Shown here one piece after another: positions 10,519 through 22,256 of a DNA stretch of 64,000 nucleotides (position 1 is the first letter of the stretch; every line of letters begins with the position of its first letter). Below the pieces are notes generated by a model, which saw nothing but the letters and a program-made list of their open reading frames with translations, had not been told where the DNA came from and searched no databases. The position numbers and the translations under genes were made by a program. Source of the DNA: Terriglobia bacterium (lineage in GTDB: Bacteria; Acidobacteriota; Polarisedimenticolia; Polarisedimenticolales; JAIQFR01); assembly GCA_963748015.1 (NCBI GenBank), contig CAVVHE010000004.1:1888001-1952000 (forward strand), given 5' to 3'.

Positions 10519-10959
10519 TCAGCCGACGTGGATCTCCACCTTCTTCGGCTTCGCCTCTTCCGCCTTCGGCAGCACGACCTCGAGCACGCCGTCCTTGAGG
10601 CTCGCGGAGATCCTCGAGGGGTCCACCGTGGTCGGCAGGCTGAAGCTGCGAGCGAACGAGCCGTAGACCCGCTCCATCCGGTAGGCGTTCTTCTCCTCGA
10701 CCGCCTCCGCGTGCTTCCGCTCGCCCCGGAGGATCAGGACGCCGTTCTCGACGCGGACGTCGATGTCGTTCCTGTCCACGCCGGGAAGCTCGGCCCGGAT
10801 GACGAGGTCCTCGCCCTTTTCGAAGATGTCCACGGCCGGGGCCCAGGCCCCGTAGCCTTCCTCGGTTCCCCAGCGGGTCGGAGCGTCGGCGAGAAGCCGG
10901 CCCACCCGCTCCTGGATGCTCATGAGATCGCGCAGCGGATCCCATCTCACGATCGCCAT
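10519..10959 (-). CDS. Hsp20/alpha-crystallin small heat-shock protein
   Basis: WAPAVDIFE, AELPGV, ERVYGSFARSFSLP, ASLKDGVLEVVLPK. Confidence 0.95.
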   Translation of the reverse strand: MAIVRWDPLRDLMSIQERVGRLLADAPTRWGTEEGYGAWAPAVDIFEKGEDLVIRAELPGVDRNDIDVRVENGVLILRGERKHAEAVEEKNAYRMERVYGSFARSFSLPTTVDPSRISASLKDGVLEVVLPKAEEAKPKKVEIHVG

Positions 10960-11024
10960 GTTCGTACCCTCCCTGCGAAAGTCGTTGGCGCCGGGGCCTC
11001 TCGTGTCGTTTGCCCCGCGGCGAT

Positions 11025-11057
11025 GGTCTTGTTAAGACCCGCTCAGGAAGGTGTCAA
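11025..11057 (-). promoter_or_regulatory. Putative sigma70 promoter of hsp20 with a palindrome over the -10 box
   Basis: TTGACA (11057-11052)-N17-TAACAA; palindrome GGTCTT-GTT-AAGACC at 11025-11039. Confidence 0.5.
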
Positions 11058-11083
11058 GCCGGCCGGCGCCCGGCGGCCCGGCC

Positions 11084-11533
11084 TCAGGGCTCGGGCGCGC
11101 GCACGGTCAGGACCGGGCACGGCGCGCGGCGCACGACCCGCTCGGTCGTCGAGCCGAACAGCGCGTGGGAGATGAACCCGCGCCCGTGAGTGGACATGAC
11201 GATCATCCCGGCGCCGCGTTCGAAGGCGAGACGCGCGATCTCGAGGTGGGGAATGCCGCGGAGCACGAGCCTCTCGATCGCGACACCGGCCCCCTCGTAG
11301 GGCTTCAGGAAGCGCTCGAGCTCCTCCGTCGCGCGTCGTACCTGGGAATCCAGTACCTCCTCCACGGGAACGGCGGCGAACTCGTCCACGAACGCCGGGA
11401 GCCGGTCCTCCACGACGTGCACGACGACGACGGCGGAGGAGAACATCCCCGCGATGGTCAGCGCCGGGCCGAACGCGTGCCGGGAGGTCTCGGAGAAATC
11501 GGTGGTGACGACGAGGGTGCCGAATTCGCTCAT
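11084..11533 (-). CDS. Universal stress protein (UspA family)
   Basis: LVVTTDFSETS, MIVMSTHGRG, LFGSTTERVVRRAPCPVLTV. Confidence 0.93.
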   Translation of the reverse strand: MSEFGTLVVTTDFSETSRHAFGPALTIAGMFSSAVVVVHVVEDRLPAFVDEFAAVPVEEVLDSQVRRATEELERFLKPYEGAGVAIERLVLRGIPHLEIARLAFERGAGMIVMSTHGRGFISHALFGSTTERVVRRAPCPVLTVRAPEP

Positions 11534-11598
11534 GGCCGCCTCCGCGCCCCGTGCGCCGTCACGAAGCCGCCCGCCGCGAGCTTGCGACCGGGCGAGTC

Positions 11599-13674
<2,076 letters not shown>

Positions 13675-13748
13675 TCCACGCCGATCCGCTTTCCCGGGAG
13701 CCCGAACCGAAGCGCGGCCCTCCGCGCGTGCCGGTGGGGGGCCCGCGA

Positions 13749-15455
13749 TCACATCACGTAGTTGCCGCCCTGGTCCTCCGGGTCGCCCGGAGTGCCGTCG
13801 TCCTCCGGCTCGCTCGCGTGGCGCGCCCGCTCGTCCTCGATCGCGCGGAGGATCTCCTCCTCCTCGGGGATCCTCACGTTGTGGATCGCCCCGAGGAGCA
13901 ACAGTCCCTGCCCGACCATCGCCGGATCCTCGTCGAGCCAGTCGCGCAGCGGATCGATGAGCTCCTCGGTGCCGAACAGGCTCACCCACTCCGACGTGCT
14001 CCCGGCCCCGATCTCCTCCATGAACCACCCGAGGTTGGCGGTGACCGCCTCGTAGGCGGAGCGCGTCCCGAGATCGGACAGCAGCACGAGGAGGCTGTGC
14101 GCGGCGTCGGCGTCCGCGCCTCCCGACTCGATCCGGGCCCGCGCCGGTCCGACCACCGCCTCCCCCATCATGGACAGCGCGCGCTCCGCGGCGCCGTACA
14201 CGTAGGAGTTCTCGTCGGACAGGTACTCCATCACCTCGGGAATGAAGTGGACGGCCCGCAACTCGCCCAGCGTCTCGAGGGCCACCACCTTCGGGAAGAA
14301 CGGCCCTTGCGACTCGAGCATCCTGAGGCACCAGTCCTGGGCTTTCCGCGCCTCCTCGTCGCGCTCCCGGCACAACACCGCGATGGCGGGGGGCAGGTCG
14401 GGGAGCACGAACGCGGTCTCGACCTCGGCGAGCGCGAGCAGGCGGTCGAGGTCTCCCCGCGCGCGGCGGAGGGCGAGCGCCATGTTGCGGTAGCGGGCGA
14501 CCGCGAACGCGGCCGAGAGCTGGAAGCCGATGACCCACTGCTGGAACTGGTGGCCGAGGCGCTCCACGTCGTCGAGCATCGCGGTCGTCGTGAACGCCCC
14601 CACCGCCGCGGAGATGCGCTCGGGGAGATCGTCCTCGGGATCGCGGGGGAGCTTCGCGGCGGCGCCGCGGGTCCACTCGGCGATCGACCGGACGATCTCG
14701 CCGAGATCGCCCGCGCGGAACCGCTGCGCGATGTGCTTGATCGTCGCCTCGCCCATCGCCGCGAGGATGTCGCAGTCGTACCCGGACTCCACCGCCTTGA
14801 TGGTCTTCCGCAGCTCGATACGCCCCGACGGGCCGGTCCTGAAGCACCAGCCGGCGTCGTCGATCTCGAGCGCCTCGAGCAGCGTGCGGAACCCCTCCCC
14901 CGCCCGGTGGGCTCCGCGCCACTGGAGCGCGGTGAGGAACCGGCCGAGGACGTCGGGGATCTCGTGCGCCTCGACGACCTCGAGGACGCCGCGGAGCGCC
15001 AGGGGATCCGCGAGCAGCTCGACCTTCTTGGCCACGAACTCGCGAACCAGCTCGCGGGCATCGGGGCTCCCCATCTCGGCGAGCGCATCGACGATGATCC
15101 CCAGGGCCGGATCGGTCATGTCGCCCCGCTGGAGGGCCGACGCGGCCAGATCCACCGTGCTCGGATAGCCGAGCCGGGCGAGCGCCTGGAGGCAGAAGCC
15201 GGGAGTCGCGCCACGCAGCAGGCGGAAGCCGCGAAGGAGGATGTTGTGGTGCTTCGCCGAGCCGTGCTCGCCGAGGTGCCGTGCGACCATCGTCGGCGTC
15301 GCGTCGTGATCGTCGAGCACGAACCCGTGGATCGCGTCGCAGCACTTGTCGGGGTAGTGGCGGATCAGGCGGTCAATGGCCCAGTAGCGGACCTCGGGGT
15401 CCTCCCACTTGGTGTACCGCGCCAATTCCTCGAACGACCAGATCAGGTCCGCCAT
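13749..15455 (-). CDS. HEAT-repeat helical protein
   Basis: ATG at 15455; DPEVRYWAIDRL and ALETLGELRAVHFIPEVMEYLSDENSYVYGAAERAL HEAT-like units; coding-like codon bias. Confidence 0.7.
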   Translation of the reverse strand: MADLIWSFEELARYTKWEDPEVRYWAIDRLIRHYPDKCCDAIHGFVLDDHDATPTMVARHLGEHGSAKHHNILLRGFRLLRGATPGFCLQALARLGYPSTVDLAASALQRGDMTDPALGIIVDALAEMGSPDARELVREFVAKKVELLADPLALRGVLEVVEAHEIPDVLGRFLTALQWRGAHRAGEGFRTLLEALEIDDAGWCFRTGPSGRIELRKTIKAVESGYDCDILAAMGEATIKHIAQRFRAGDLGEIVRSIAEWTRGAAAKLPRDPEDDLPERISAAVGAFTTTAMLDDVERLGHQFQQWVIGFQLSAAFAVARYRNMALALRRARGDLDRLLALAEVETAFVLPDLPPAIAVLCRERDEEARKAQDWCLRMLESQGPFFPKVVALETLGELRAVHFIPEVMEYLSDENSYVYGAAERALSMMGEAVVGPARARIESGGADADAAHSLLVLLSDLGTRSAYEAVTANLGWFMEEIGAGSTSEWVSLFGTEELIDPLRDWLDEDPAMVGQGLLLLGAIHNVRIPEEEEILRAIEDERARHASEPEDDGTPGDPEDQGGNYVM

Positions 15456-15560
15456 GTGGTCCCGCTCTCCCGCCGCGCGCACGTCCGCGGCGCCTCTCAT
15501 TCTAGCATCCGGCAGGCCGCGCCCCGGAACGACCCGGGTTGAGGATAAGATGGGCGGCCC

Positions 15561-17834
15561 ATGCGCTGGATCTTCTCTGCCGCACTCCTGCTGAGCGCCG
15601 CGCTGCTGTTCACCCTTCAGCCGATGGTGGCGAAGATGCTCCTGCCGGTCCTCGGCGGGACCCCCGCGGTGTGGAACACCTGCATGGTGTTCTTCCAGGT
15701 GGGTCTGCTGGTGGGGTACGCGTACGCGCATCTCCTCTGCGGCCGGCTCCGCATCCGGGCCCAGGTGGCGCTTCACGCCGCGCTCGTGCTCCTCTCCCTC
15801 GCCGCCTTGCCGGTGGCGGTGAGCGGCCGCGGCGCCCCGCCGGTGGACGCGAACCCGATCCCGTGGGTCCTCGTCACGCTCGCCGTCGCGTGCGGCCTCC
15901 CGTTCGTCGTGGTGGCCGCGACCTCGCCGCTTCTCCAGCGCTGGTTCGCGACGACGGGATCGGCCGGGTCGCGCGATCCCTACTTCCTGTACGCGGCGAG
16001 CAACCTCGGAAGCCTCGGAGGCCTTCTCGCCTACCCGGTGCTCCTCGAGCCCGCGCTGCCGCTCGCGTCTTCCGCCTCGGGCGGGATGTCGCAGAGCCGG
16101 CTGTGGACGATCGGGTACGCCGCGTTCGCGGTGGCGGTCATCGGCTGCGGCGCCCTCGCCCTGTTTCGCCGCGGGCGCGGCGCCGGCGCGGCCGAGGCGC
16201 CGGCGGCCGACCCGGCCCCCACCCCCCGGCAGGTCGCGCGATGGATGCTCCTCGCCTTCGTGCCGTCGAGCCTCCTCCTCGGCGCGACCCAGTTCATCAC
16301 CGCCGAGGTGGCGGCGATCCCGCTCCTGTGGGCCGTCCCGCTGGCCCTCTACCTCCTCACTTTCGTCGCCGCCTTCGGCGGAAGCGACCGCATTCCCGTC
16401 GCCTGGGTGTCGTGGATCTTCGCGGCCCTCGCGACGGCCGCCGCCGCGCTCGCGGCCTTCGGTCCCGACGAGCTCCCGTGGAGCCTGACGCTCGCGGTAC
16501 ACCTCCTGCTGCTCACCGCCGCGGCGCTGATGTGCCACCTGATCCTGGCGCGGCTTCGCCCGGCCGCCGGGCGGCTCACCGGCTTCTACCTCGCCATCGC
16601 CGCGGGCGGCGCCCTCGGTGGCGTTTTCAACGCGCTCGTGGCGCCGGTGCTTTTCCGCGACATCCTCGAGTACCCGCTGATGCTCCTCGTCGCCTGCGCG
16701 CTGCGGCCGGCGCTCGGTGCGGCCGCGGGCTCCCGCCCCGGCTGGCCGCGGCGCGCGCTCGACGCGGCGGTGCCCTTTGCGCTCGCCGCGTACCTCTTGC
16801 TCGCCGCCCGGTTCGCCCCGCGCCACCCGGCTCCCCGGGAGACTCTCGCGCTGCTGCTGGGGATCGGCCTCCCGGCGGCGATCGTGCTGGCGACGGCGGG
16901 ACGGCGGGTGCGCTTCGCGCTGTCGTTCGCCGTGCTCTTGGGGTTCTTCTGGATCTGGCACCGGGAGGGGTCGGTCCTCCGCCGGGAGCGGAGCTTCTTC
17001 GCGGTGCACCGGGCCGCCGCTTACACGGGAACGCCTTTCAAGTTCGACGACGCGAGCGGCCTCACGGTCCGCCTGACGTTCCACGGCCTCCAACACGGCT
17101 CGACTCGCCACGGCGTGCAGGCCGTCGAGGGGATCTACAGGAAGGCGCCGACGACCTACTACCACCGCACCGGCCCGATCGGACAGGTCTTCGCGGCCTG
17201 GGGACACTCCCCGCTCCTCGACGAAGTGGGCGTGGTCGGCCTCGGCTGCGGGACGCTCGCCGCGTACGGCTCGCCGCGGCGAAGATTCACGATGCACGAG
17301 ATCGATCCCGCCGTGGTCCGCATCGCGACCGACCCGGCGGTGTTCACCTATCTCGAGGACACCTCCTCGCCGTGGAGCGTCGTCCTGGGCGACGGCCGCC
17401 GGACGATCGAACAGGTCCCCGACGGCACGTACGGCCTCCTGGTGCTCGACGCGTTCACGTCCGACGCGGTGCCGGTGCACCTCCTGACCCGCGAGGCGAT
17501 GGCCACCTACGTGAGGAAGCTCCGTCCCGGCGGCCTCGTGGCGCTCAACCTCACGAACGGCTACCTCGATCTCGAGAAGGTCGTCGGCGCGGTCGCCTCG
17601 GACCTCGGCCTCGCCGCGCTGCTCGAGGTGGACGACGACGTGGACGCCAGGGCCGAGGGCGAGGGGAAGGACCCCTCCGTCTGGGCGATCGTCGCCCGCT
17701 CGAGGGCCGACCTCGAGCCGCTCGCGAGAGACCCGCGCTGGAAGCCGCTCACCGGCGACGGAGCGCCGCCGCCCCTCCCGAGCGCGCTCTGGACCGACCA
17801 GTACTCGAACCTCTTCTCGGTCCTGTCTCCCTGA
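15561..17834 (+). CDS. Fused membrane domain / spermidine synthase-like SAM-dependent transferase
   Basis: LLFTLQPMVAK..LGGTPAVW, LYAASNLGS, HGSTRHGVQ, VVGLGCGT, GDGR, LDAFTSD, WTDQYSN. Confidence 0.85.
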   Translation: MRWIFSAALLLSAALLFTLQPMVAKMLLPVLGGTPAVWNTCMVFFQVGLLVGYAYAHLLCGRLRIRAQVALHAALVLLSLAALPVAVSGRGAPPVDANPIPWVLVTLAVACGLPFVVVAATSPLLQRWFATTGSAGSRDPYFLYAASNLGSLGGLLAYPVLLEPALPLASSASGGMSQSRLWTIGYAAFAVAVIGCGALALFRRGRGAGAAEAPAADPAPTPRQVARWMLLAFVPSSLLLGATQFITAEVAAIPLLWAVPLALYLLTFVAAFGGSDRIPVAWVSWIFAALATAAAALAAFGPDELPWSLTLAVHLLLLTAAALMCHLILARLRPAAGRLTGFYLAIAAGGALGGVFNALVAPVLFRDILEYPLMLLVACALRPALGAAAGSRPGWPRRALDAAVPFALAAYLLLAARFAPRHPAPRETLALLLGIGLPAAIVLATAGRRVRFALSFAVLLGFFWIWHREGSVLRRERSFFAVHRAAAYTGTPFKFDDASGLTVRLTFHGLQHGSTRHGVQAVEGIYRKAPTTYYHRTGPIGQVFAAWGHSPLLDEVGVVGLGCGTLAAYGSPRRRFTMHEIDPAVVRIATDPAVFTYLEDTSSPWSVVLGDGRRTIEQVPDGTYGLLVLDAFTSDAVPVHLLTREAMATYVRKLRPGGLVALNLTNGYLDLEKVVGAVASDLGLAALLEVDDDVDARAEGEGKDPSVWAIVARSRADLEPLARDPRWKPLTGDGAPPPLPSALWTDQYSNLFSVLSP

Positions 17835-17851
17835 AGCGCGAACCGTTGCCG

Positions 17852-17942
17852 CTCGTCTCGCCCTATCTCGGCCGAGCGTGTCCGTAGACACCCCTTTTCT
17901 GGGGTGGCGAGGACACGCTCGGCCGAGATAGGGCGAGACGAG
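17852..17942. repeat. GTAG-core palindromic repeat, copy A
   Basis: Perfect 32-bp arms around GTAGACACCCCTTTTCTGGGGTGGCGA. Confidence 0.85.
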
Positions 17943-18129
17943 GACCGGACCGGTTTTTGGAAAGCGGACCGAGAAAGTCCTCTTGCGAGGTGGGTGAAGC
18001 GGCGCAGTCGAGGGGGTGGCGCGCGGGCTTACGCGCACCGTCCTCGCGCCCGGATAATCTGGACCGTTTCTGTCTGTGTTCTCGGGAGAAGCGCTCACTG
18101 GAATGGCGCGCGGAAGCGGCCGCGCCGCC

Positions 18130-18158
18130 TTTACTCTCCCCTCGCCTGTTGCTATGGT
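18130..18158 (+). promoter_or_regulatory. Putative sigma70 promoter (extended -10) for the redox operon
   Basis: TTTACT-N17-TATGGT with a TGn extension. Confidence 0.45.
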
Positions 18159-18237
18159 ACCCAGTCACGACGCACGCGGTCTCGCGCCCGAAAGATGGTC
18201 CGCTGCCCGGCCGGGGTCTTGCAGAGGAGAGCGAGGC

Positions 18238-18768
18238 ATGGAAGCGGAGAGCCACCCGTACCGTTACGAGATGGTGGACGCACGGCCCGGCTACATCGTG
18301 GTCGAGCACGAGCTCAAGAGCAAGGCGATGCGCGCGTACTTCTCCCCCGACCCCGTGGCCCCGGTCGAGGGTTACCGCGAGGGCAACCGGATCTGGCAGC
18401 ACACCGCCACGGCCCAGTCGCTGCGCTTCTCCATCCGGGACACGGAGACGGGCGAATCGATCCCGTTCGACGAGCTTCTCGGCCTCGCGTTCTACGGGAG
18501 CTGCCCCAAGGGCAGCGAGGTCTGGGAGATCGGCGATCTCGCCCAGGAGAACAAGGTCTCGATCTACGTGGCGGTGACCGGGGAGACCGCCGACGGCAAG
18601 CCGGCTCCGCTGGCGACGGAGAAGCTCCGGGTGCTGAACCGTTACTTCAACGAGCGCCTGAGGAGCAAGGAAAAGAAGATCCTGATCCTCCCGGACCGCT
18701 TCGGCCTGTACCGGGAGTTCTCCCACGGGCACATCATGGTGGATCTCGGCCTCACGGCGATGGAATAG
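18238..18768 (+). CDS. Hypothetical protein, first gene of the redox operon
   Basis: ATG at 18238 preceded by GAGG; strong codon bias; no motif recognised. Confidence 0.7.
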   Translation: MEAESHPYRYEMVDARPGYIVVEHELKSKAMRAYFSPDPVAPVEGYREGNRIWQHTATAQSLRFSIRDTETGESIPFDELLGLAFYGSCPKGSEVWEIGDLAQENKVSIYVAVTGETADGKPAPLATEKLRVLNRYFNERLRSKEKKILILPDRFGLYREFSHGHIMVDLGLTAME

Positions 18769-18803
18769 CCGCGTGGCCGGGAAGTGAAAAGGAGAGCGCG
18801 ACG

Positions 18804-19133
18804 ATGACGATCAAGGAGCTTGCCGAGAAGCTTCGGCTCAATCCGCTCAACGCCCTGGCCGACCGGACAGTGACCGGGGTGTACATCTCGGACATGGTCA
18901 GCGACGTGATCGCGAACGCGAAGCCGGGCAACGTGCTCGTCACCGTCCAGGTCCACAACAACGTCATCGCCGCGGCGAACCTGGTGGACGTGTCCGGGAT
19001 CATCCTGACCCGAGGACGGAAGCCGGCGGAAGACATGCTCGCCCTCGCCGAGAAGGCCGGCATCCCCGTCCTCGTCACGGATCTGAACAGCTGGCAGGTG
19101 GCCAGCATGATGTTCGAGGCAGGGCTTCGCTGA
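18804..19133 (+). CDS. DRTGG-domain protein
   Basis: VTGVYISDMVSDVIANA..NVLVTVQVHNNVIAAA..GIILTRG. Confidence 0.85.
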   Translation: MTIKELAEKLRLNPLNALADRTVTGVYISDMVSDVIANAKPGNVLVTVQVHNNVIAAANLVDVSGIILTRGRKPAEDMLALAEKAGIPVLVTDLNSWQVASMMFEAGLR

Positions 19134-19140
19134 AAAGCGG

Positions 19141-19524
19141 ATGACGCCCAAGCGCGCCACCGATGCCGCGGGATTGCGGCTCGCGGAGATCCGGGACCTG
19201 CTGGATTGCGAGGTCATCTGCGGAGAACATCGGCTCGACCTGGTGGTGACCGAGTGCTTCGCGGCCGACCTGATGAGCGACGTGCTGGCCTTCTCGAAGG
19301 CCCATGTCCTCCTGATCACGGGCCTCGCCGGAATCCAGTCGGTCCACACGGCGGACGTCGCGGAGCTGGCCGGGATCCTCTTCGTGCACCACAAGCATCC
19401 CTCGCAGCAGGTTCTCGACCTGGCCCGTGAAAGGAACCTTCCGGTGCTCTCGACACCCCACCACATGTTCGACGCTTGCGCGGCGCTGGCCGCGAAAGGG
19501 CTCCGCAGCGGCTCCAAGGGCTAG
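19141..19524 (+). CDS. DRTGG-domain protein
   Basis: FAADLMSDVLAF..LLITGL..QSVHTA pattern. Confidence 0.85.
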   Translation: MTPKRATDAAGLRLAEIRDLLDCEVICGEHRLDLVVTECFAADLMSDVLAFSKAHVLLITGLAGIQSVHTADVAELAGILFVHHKHPSQQVLDLARERNLPVLSTPHHMFDACAALAAKGLRSGSKG

Positions 19525-19557
19525 GAGCCCGTCCGAGGGCGGGAACGGCGTTTGCAA

Positions 19558-20004
19558 ATGGTCACATCCGAAGCATCGGGAGAGGTCCTCTACCGCGAGT
19601 CCTTCCGGATCGCCGGGAACGACTACGAGCACGGGGGGGACGTCGCGACGAGGGTGAAGAGCATCCTGAAGGAGCTCGGGATCGACTCGGCCCTCGTGAG
19701 GCGGCTGAGCATCGCGAACTTCGAGGCGGAGATGAACATCGTCATGTATGCCGAGGAAGCGACGCTCGACCTCATCGTGGCCCGGGACGAGGTCCGGGTG
19801 ACCATCACCGACCGCGGCCCCGGGATCCCCGACATCGAGCAGGCGATGCAGGAAGGCTATTCCACGGCCACCGCCGAGATGCGCGCGCGGGGGTTCGGCG
19901 CCGGGATGGGGTTGCCGAACATCCGGAGAAACGCAGACCGGTTCGAGATCGAGTCGGTCCCGGGAACCGGGACGACGCTCAGGTACGCCGTTCGTCTCGG
20001 GTGA
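19558..20004 (+). CDS. Anti-sigma-factor-type Ser/Thr kinase (RsbT/SpoIIAB-like HATPase)
   Basis: EAEMNIVMYA, DRGPGIPDIEQAMQEGYST, GFGAGMGLPN. Confidence 0.88.
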   Translation: MVTSEASGEVLYRESFRIAGNDYEHGGDVATRVKSILKELGIDSALVRRLSIANFEAEMNIVMYAEEATLDLIVARDEVRVTITDRGPGIPDIEQAMQEGYSTATAEMRARGFGAGMGLPNIRRNADRFEIESVPGTGTTLRYAVRLG

Positions 20005-20015
20005 GCGGAGAGTCC

Positions 20016-21371
20016 GTGAACGAGGAAACCGTCCACTCCGTCGAGTTCGACCGCGACCGCTGCGTCGCCTGCGTGGCGTGCTGCAAGGCGTGCCCCACCC
20101 AGGCCATCCGGGTCCGGGAGAAGCAGGTCGTCGTGGACGGAGAGCGCTGCATCGATTGCGGCGAGTGCATCCGCGCCTGTCCGTACGACGCCGTCAGCGC
20201 CCGGACCTCGTCCCCCTCGGACCTGAAGAAGTACAAGTACACCGTCGCGATCCCCTCGACGACCCTCTTCTCGCAGTTCGGCGGGGACGTCGAGCCGGCG
20301 CGGATCATTCGCGCTCTCGACCGGCTGGGCTTCGACCGCTGCCACGACCTCTCGTGGATGTGCGAGATGGTCGGACGCGCGGTGGACACGTATCTCGCGG
20401 AGTGCGGCGAGCCGTGGCCGAAGATCTCCGTCACCTGTCCCGCGGTCATCCGGCTGATCCAGCTCCGCTACCCCGACCTGGTCCCGCACCTGATCCCGTT
20501 CGAGGTGCCGCGGGAGCTGGCGGCGAAGCTGGTGCGGCGGCGGCTCTCCCAGGAGCTGGGGCTGCCCGCGAGCGACATCGGGATCTTCTACCTCACCCCG
20601 TGCTCCGCGATCATGCACTCGATCCTGTGGCCGGTCGGCCTCGAGGAATCCTACCTCGACGGCGCCTTCTCGATCTCGGAGATCTACGGGCCGCTGCGGA
20701 AGGCGATCGACGAGACGAAAGACGTCCCCGCGACGCCGGGCCTCAGTCCGCGGGGGCTGCAGTGGGCCGTCGCCGGCGGCGAGACCTCGATGATGCGCAG
20801 CGGGAACACGCTGGCGCTCTCCGGGGTGCAGGACGTCACCTACGTCTTCGACCGGATCGAGTCGGGGAAGTTCCGGAGCGTGGACTTCATCGAGGCCTAC
20901 ATCTGCCCCGACGGCTGCGTGTCGGGACCGCTCCTGGTCGAGGGACGCTACGCCGCGAAGCGGGCGATCCGGGAGGTCGCCTCCCGCCTCGGGTCGCGGG
21001 GAGCCGTCAAGGAGGAGAAGGTCCGCTCGCTGGTGCGGGAGCACTTCTTCGACATCGAGGAGCAGGTCCGGGCGCGGCCGGTGAAGGCGCCGGCGCGGGA
21101 CCTCCGCGAGGCGGTGCGCCTCAAGCAGGAGAAGGACAGGCTGCTGGCGTCGTTCCCGAAGATGGACTGCGCGGCCTGCGGCGCCCCGACCTGCGAGGCC
21201 TTGGCGGAGGACGTCCTTCGCGGCTCCGCCACGACCGACGATTGCGTTTTCGTCCGGCTCGAGCGTCTCGCCTCGCCCCCCGCCGCGCGGGAGGAGGGGG
21301 CTTCCGCCCGGCCCGACTCGAAGGATGAGGGTGGCCGCGCGAGGCGGCCGCGCCCGGGGGAGGAATCATGA
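20016..21371 (+). CDS. [FeFe]-hydrogenase-like (group D/sensory-type) Fe-S protein with degenerate H-cluster motifs
   Basis: 2x[4Fe-4S] at the N-terminus; ISVTCPA, LTPCSAI, IEAYICPDGCVSGP; C-terminal DCAACGAPTC..C FeS domain. Confidence 0.8.
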   Translation: MNEETVHSVEFDRDRCVACVACCKACPTQAIRVREKQVVVDGERCIDCGECIRACPYDAVSARTSSPSDLKKYKYTVAIPSTTLFSQFGGDVEPARIIRALDRLGFDRCHDLSWMCEMVGRAVDTYLAECGEPWPKISVTCPAVIRLIQLRYPDLVPHLIPFEVPRELAAKLVRRRLSQELGLPASDIGIFYLTPCSAIMHSILWPVGLEESYLDGAFSISEIYGPLRKAIDETKDVPATPGLSPRGLQWAVAGGETSMMRSGNTLALSGVQDVTYVFDRIESGKFRSVDFIEAYICPDGCVSGPLLVEGRYAAKRAIREVASRLGSRGAVKEEKVRSLVREHFFDIEEQVRARPVKAPARDLREAVRLKQEKDRLLASFPKMDCAACGAPTCEALAEDVLRGSATTDDCVFVRLERLASPPAAREEGASARPDSKDEGGRARRPRPGEES

Positions 21372-21769
21372 GTCAGGAAATGCTGGTGCTGGAGGTGAGC
21401 TGCCCGAACTGCGGCGACGTGCTGACGGAAGGCCATCGCGTGCACCTCGCCGGCTACATCAAGGAGACCAACGACGACGGGGACATCTTCCTGAGCGCGA
21501 TCTTCGGCGAGTACTCGATCGAGACCGACATCAAGATCCCCGAGAACGGCATCGTCGAGTTCCGTTGTCCGACCTGCGACATGGGACTCATGCTGAACAC
21601 GCCTTGCCGACTCTGCGGCGCCCCGATGGCGTCTCTCAACCTCAAGACCGGCGGGTACCTCGAGTTCTGCTCGCGCCGCGGCTGCCGGGGGCACGCACTC
21701 GGCGGCTTCGGCGACGTGGACGAGATGATCAGCCTGGTCAACCGCATGTTCAACACCCCCCACGATTGA
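21368..21769 (+). CDS. Cys-rich metal-binding hypothetical protein
   Basis: CPNC, CPTC, CRLC, CSRRGC; ATGA overlap with the upstream gene. Confidence 0.75.
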   Translation: MSQEMLVLEVSCPNCGDVLTEGHRVHLAGYIKETNDDGDIFLSAIFGEYSIETDIKIPENGIVEFRCPTCDMGLMLNTPCRLCGAPMASLNLKTGGYLEFCSRRGCRGHALGGFGDVDEMISLVNRMFNTPHD

Positions 21770-21785
21770 GCGGGAGCGAGTTCTC

Positions 21786-22256
21786 ATGGACGCGACGAGA
21801 CGCTACGATTTCCGGCACATGCACTACCGCGGCGAGGAGGGAAGGCTGATCCCCCTCCTCCAGAAGGCGCAGGCGGAGGACGGCTACCTGACGAAGGACC
21901 GCCTCGCCAGCATCGGCGACGAGACGGGGATCCCGCTGACGCAGATCTACGGCGTGGCGACGTTCTACGCGCAATTCCGGTTCAAGCCGATCGGGAAGCA
22001 CCTCCTCCGGGTCTGCCACGGAACCGCCTGCCACGTCGCCGGGGCGAAGGATCTCACCGAGGAGATCGAGGCGCACCTCAAGATCAAGAACGGCGAGACG
22101 ACCCCGGACAACCAGTTCACGATGGAGACCGTCTCGTGCCTCGGCTGCTGCAGCTTGGCGCCCGTGATCATGGTCGGCGACACGACGCACGGGAACCTCG
22201 CGCCGGGCACCGTGAAGAAGGTCCTCAAGAAGTACCAGAGCGGAGAGAAGAAATGA
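21786..22256 (+). CDS. NuoE/HydC-like [2Fe-2S] subunit (StnA/BfuC-like)
   Basis: GVATFYAQF, CHGTAC, CLGCC. Confidence 0.92.
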   Translation: MDATRRYDFRHMHYRGEEGRLIPLLQKAQAEDGYLTKDRLASIGDETGIPLTQIYGVATFYAQFRFKPIGKHLLRVCHGTACHVAGAKDLTEEIEAHLKIKNGETTPDNQFTMETVSCLGCCSLAPVIMVGDTTHGNLAPGTVKKVLKKYQSGEKK

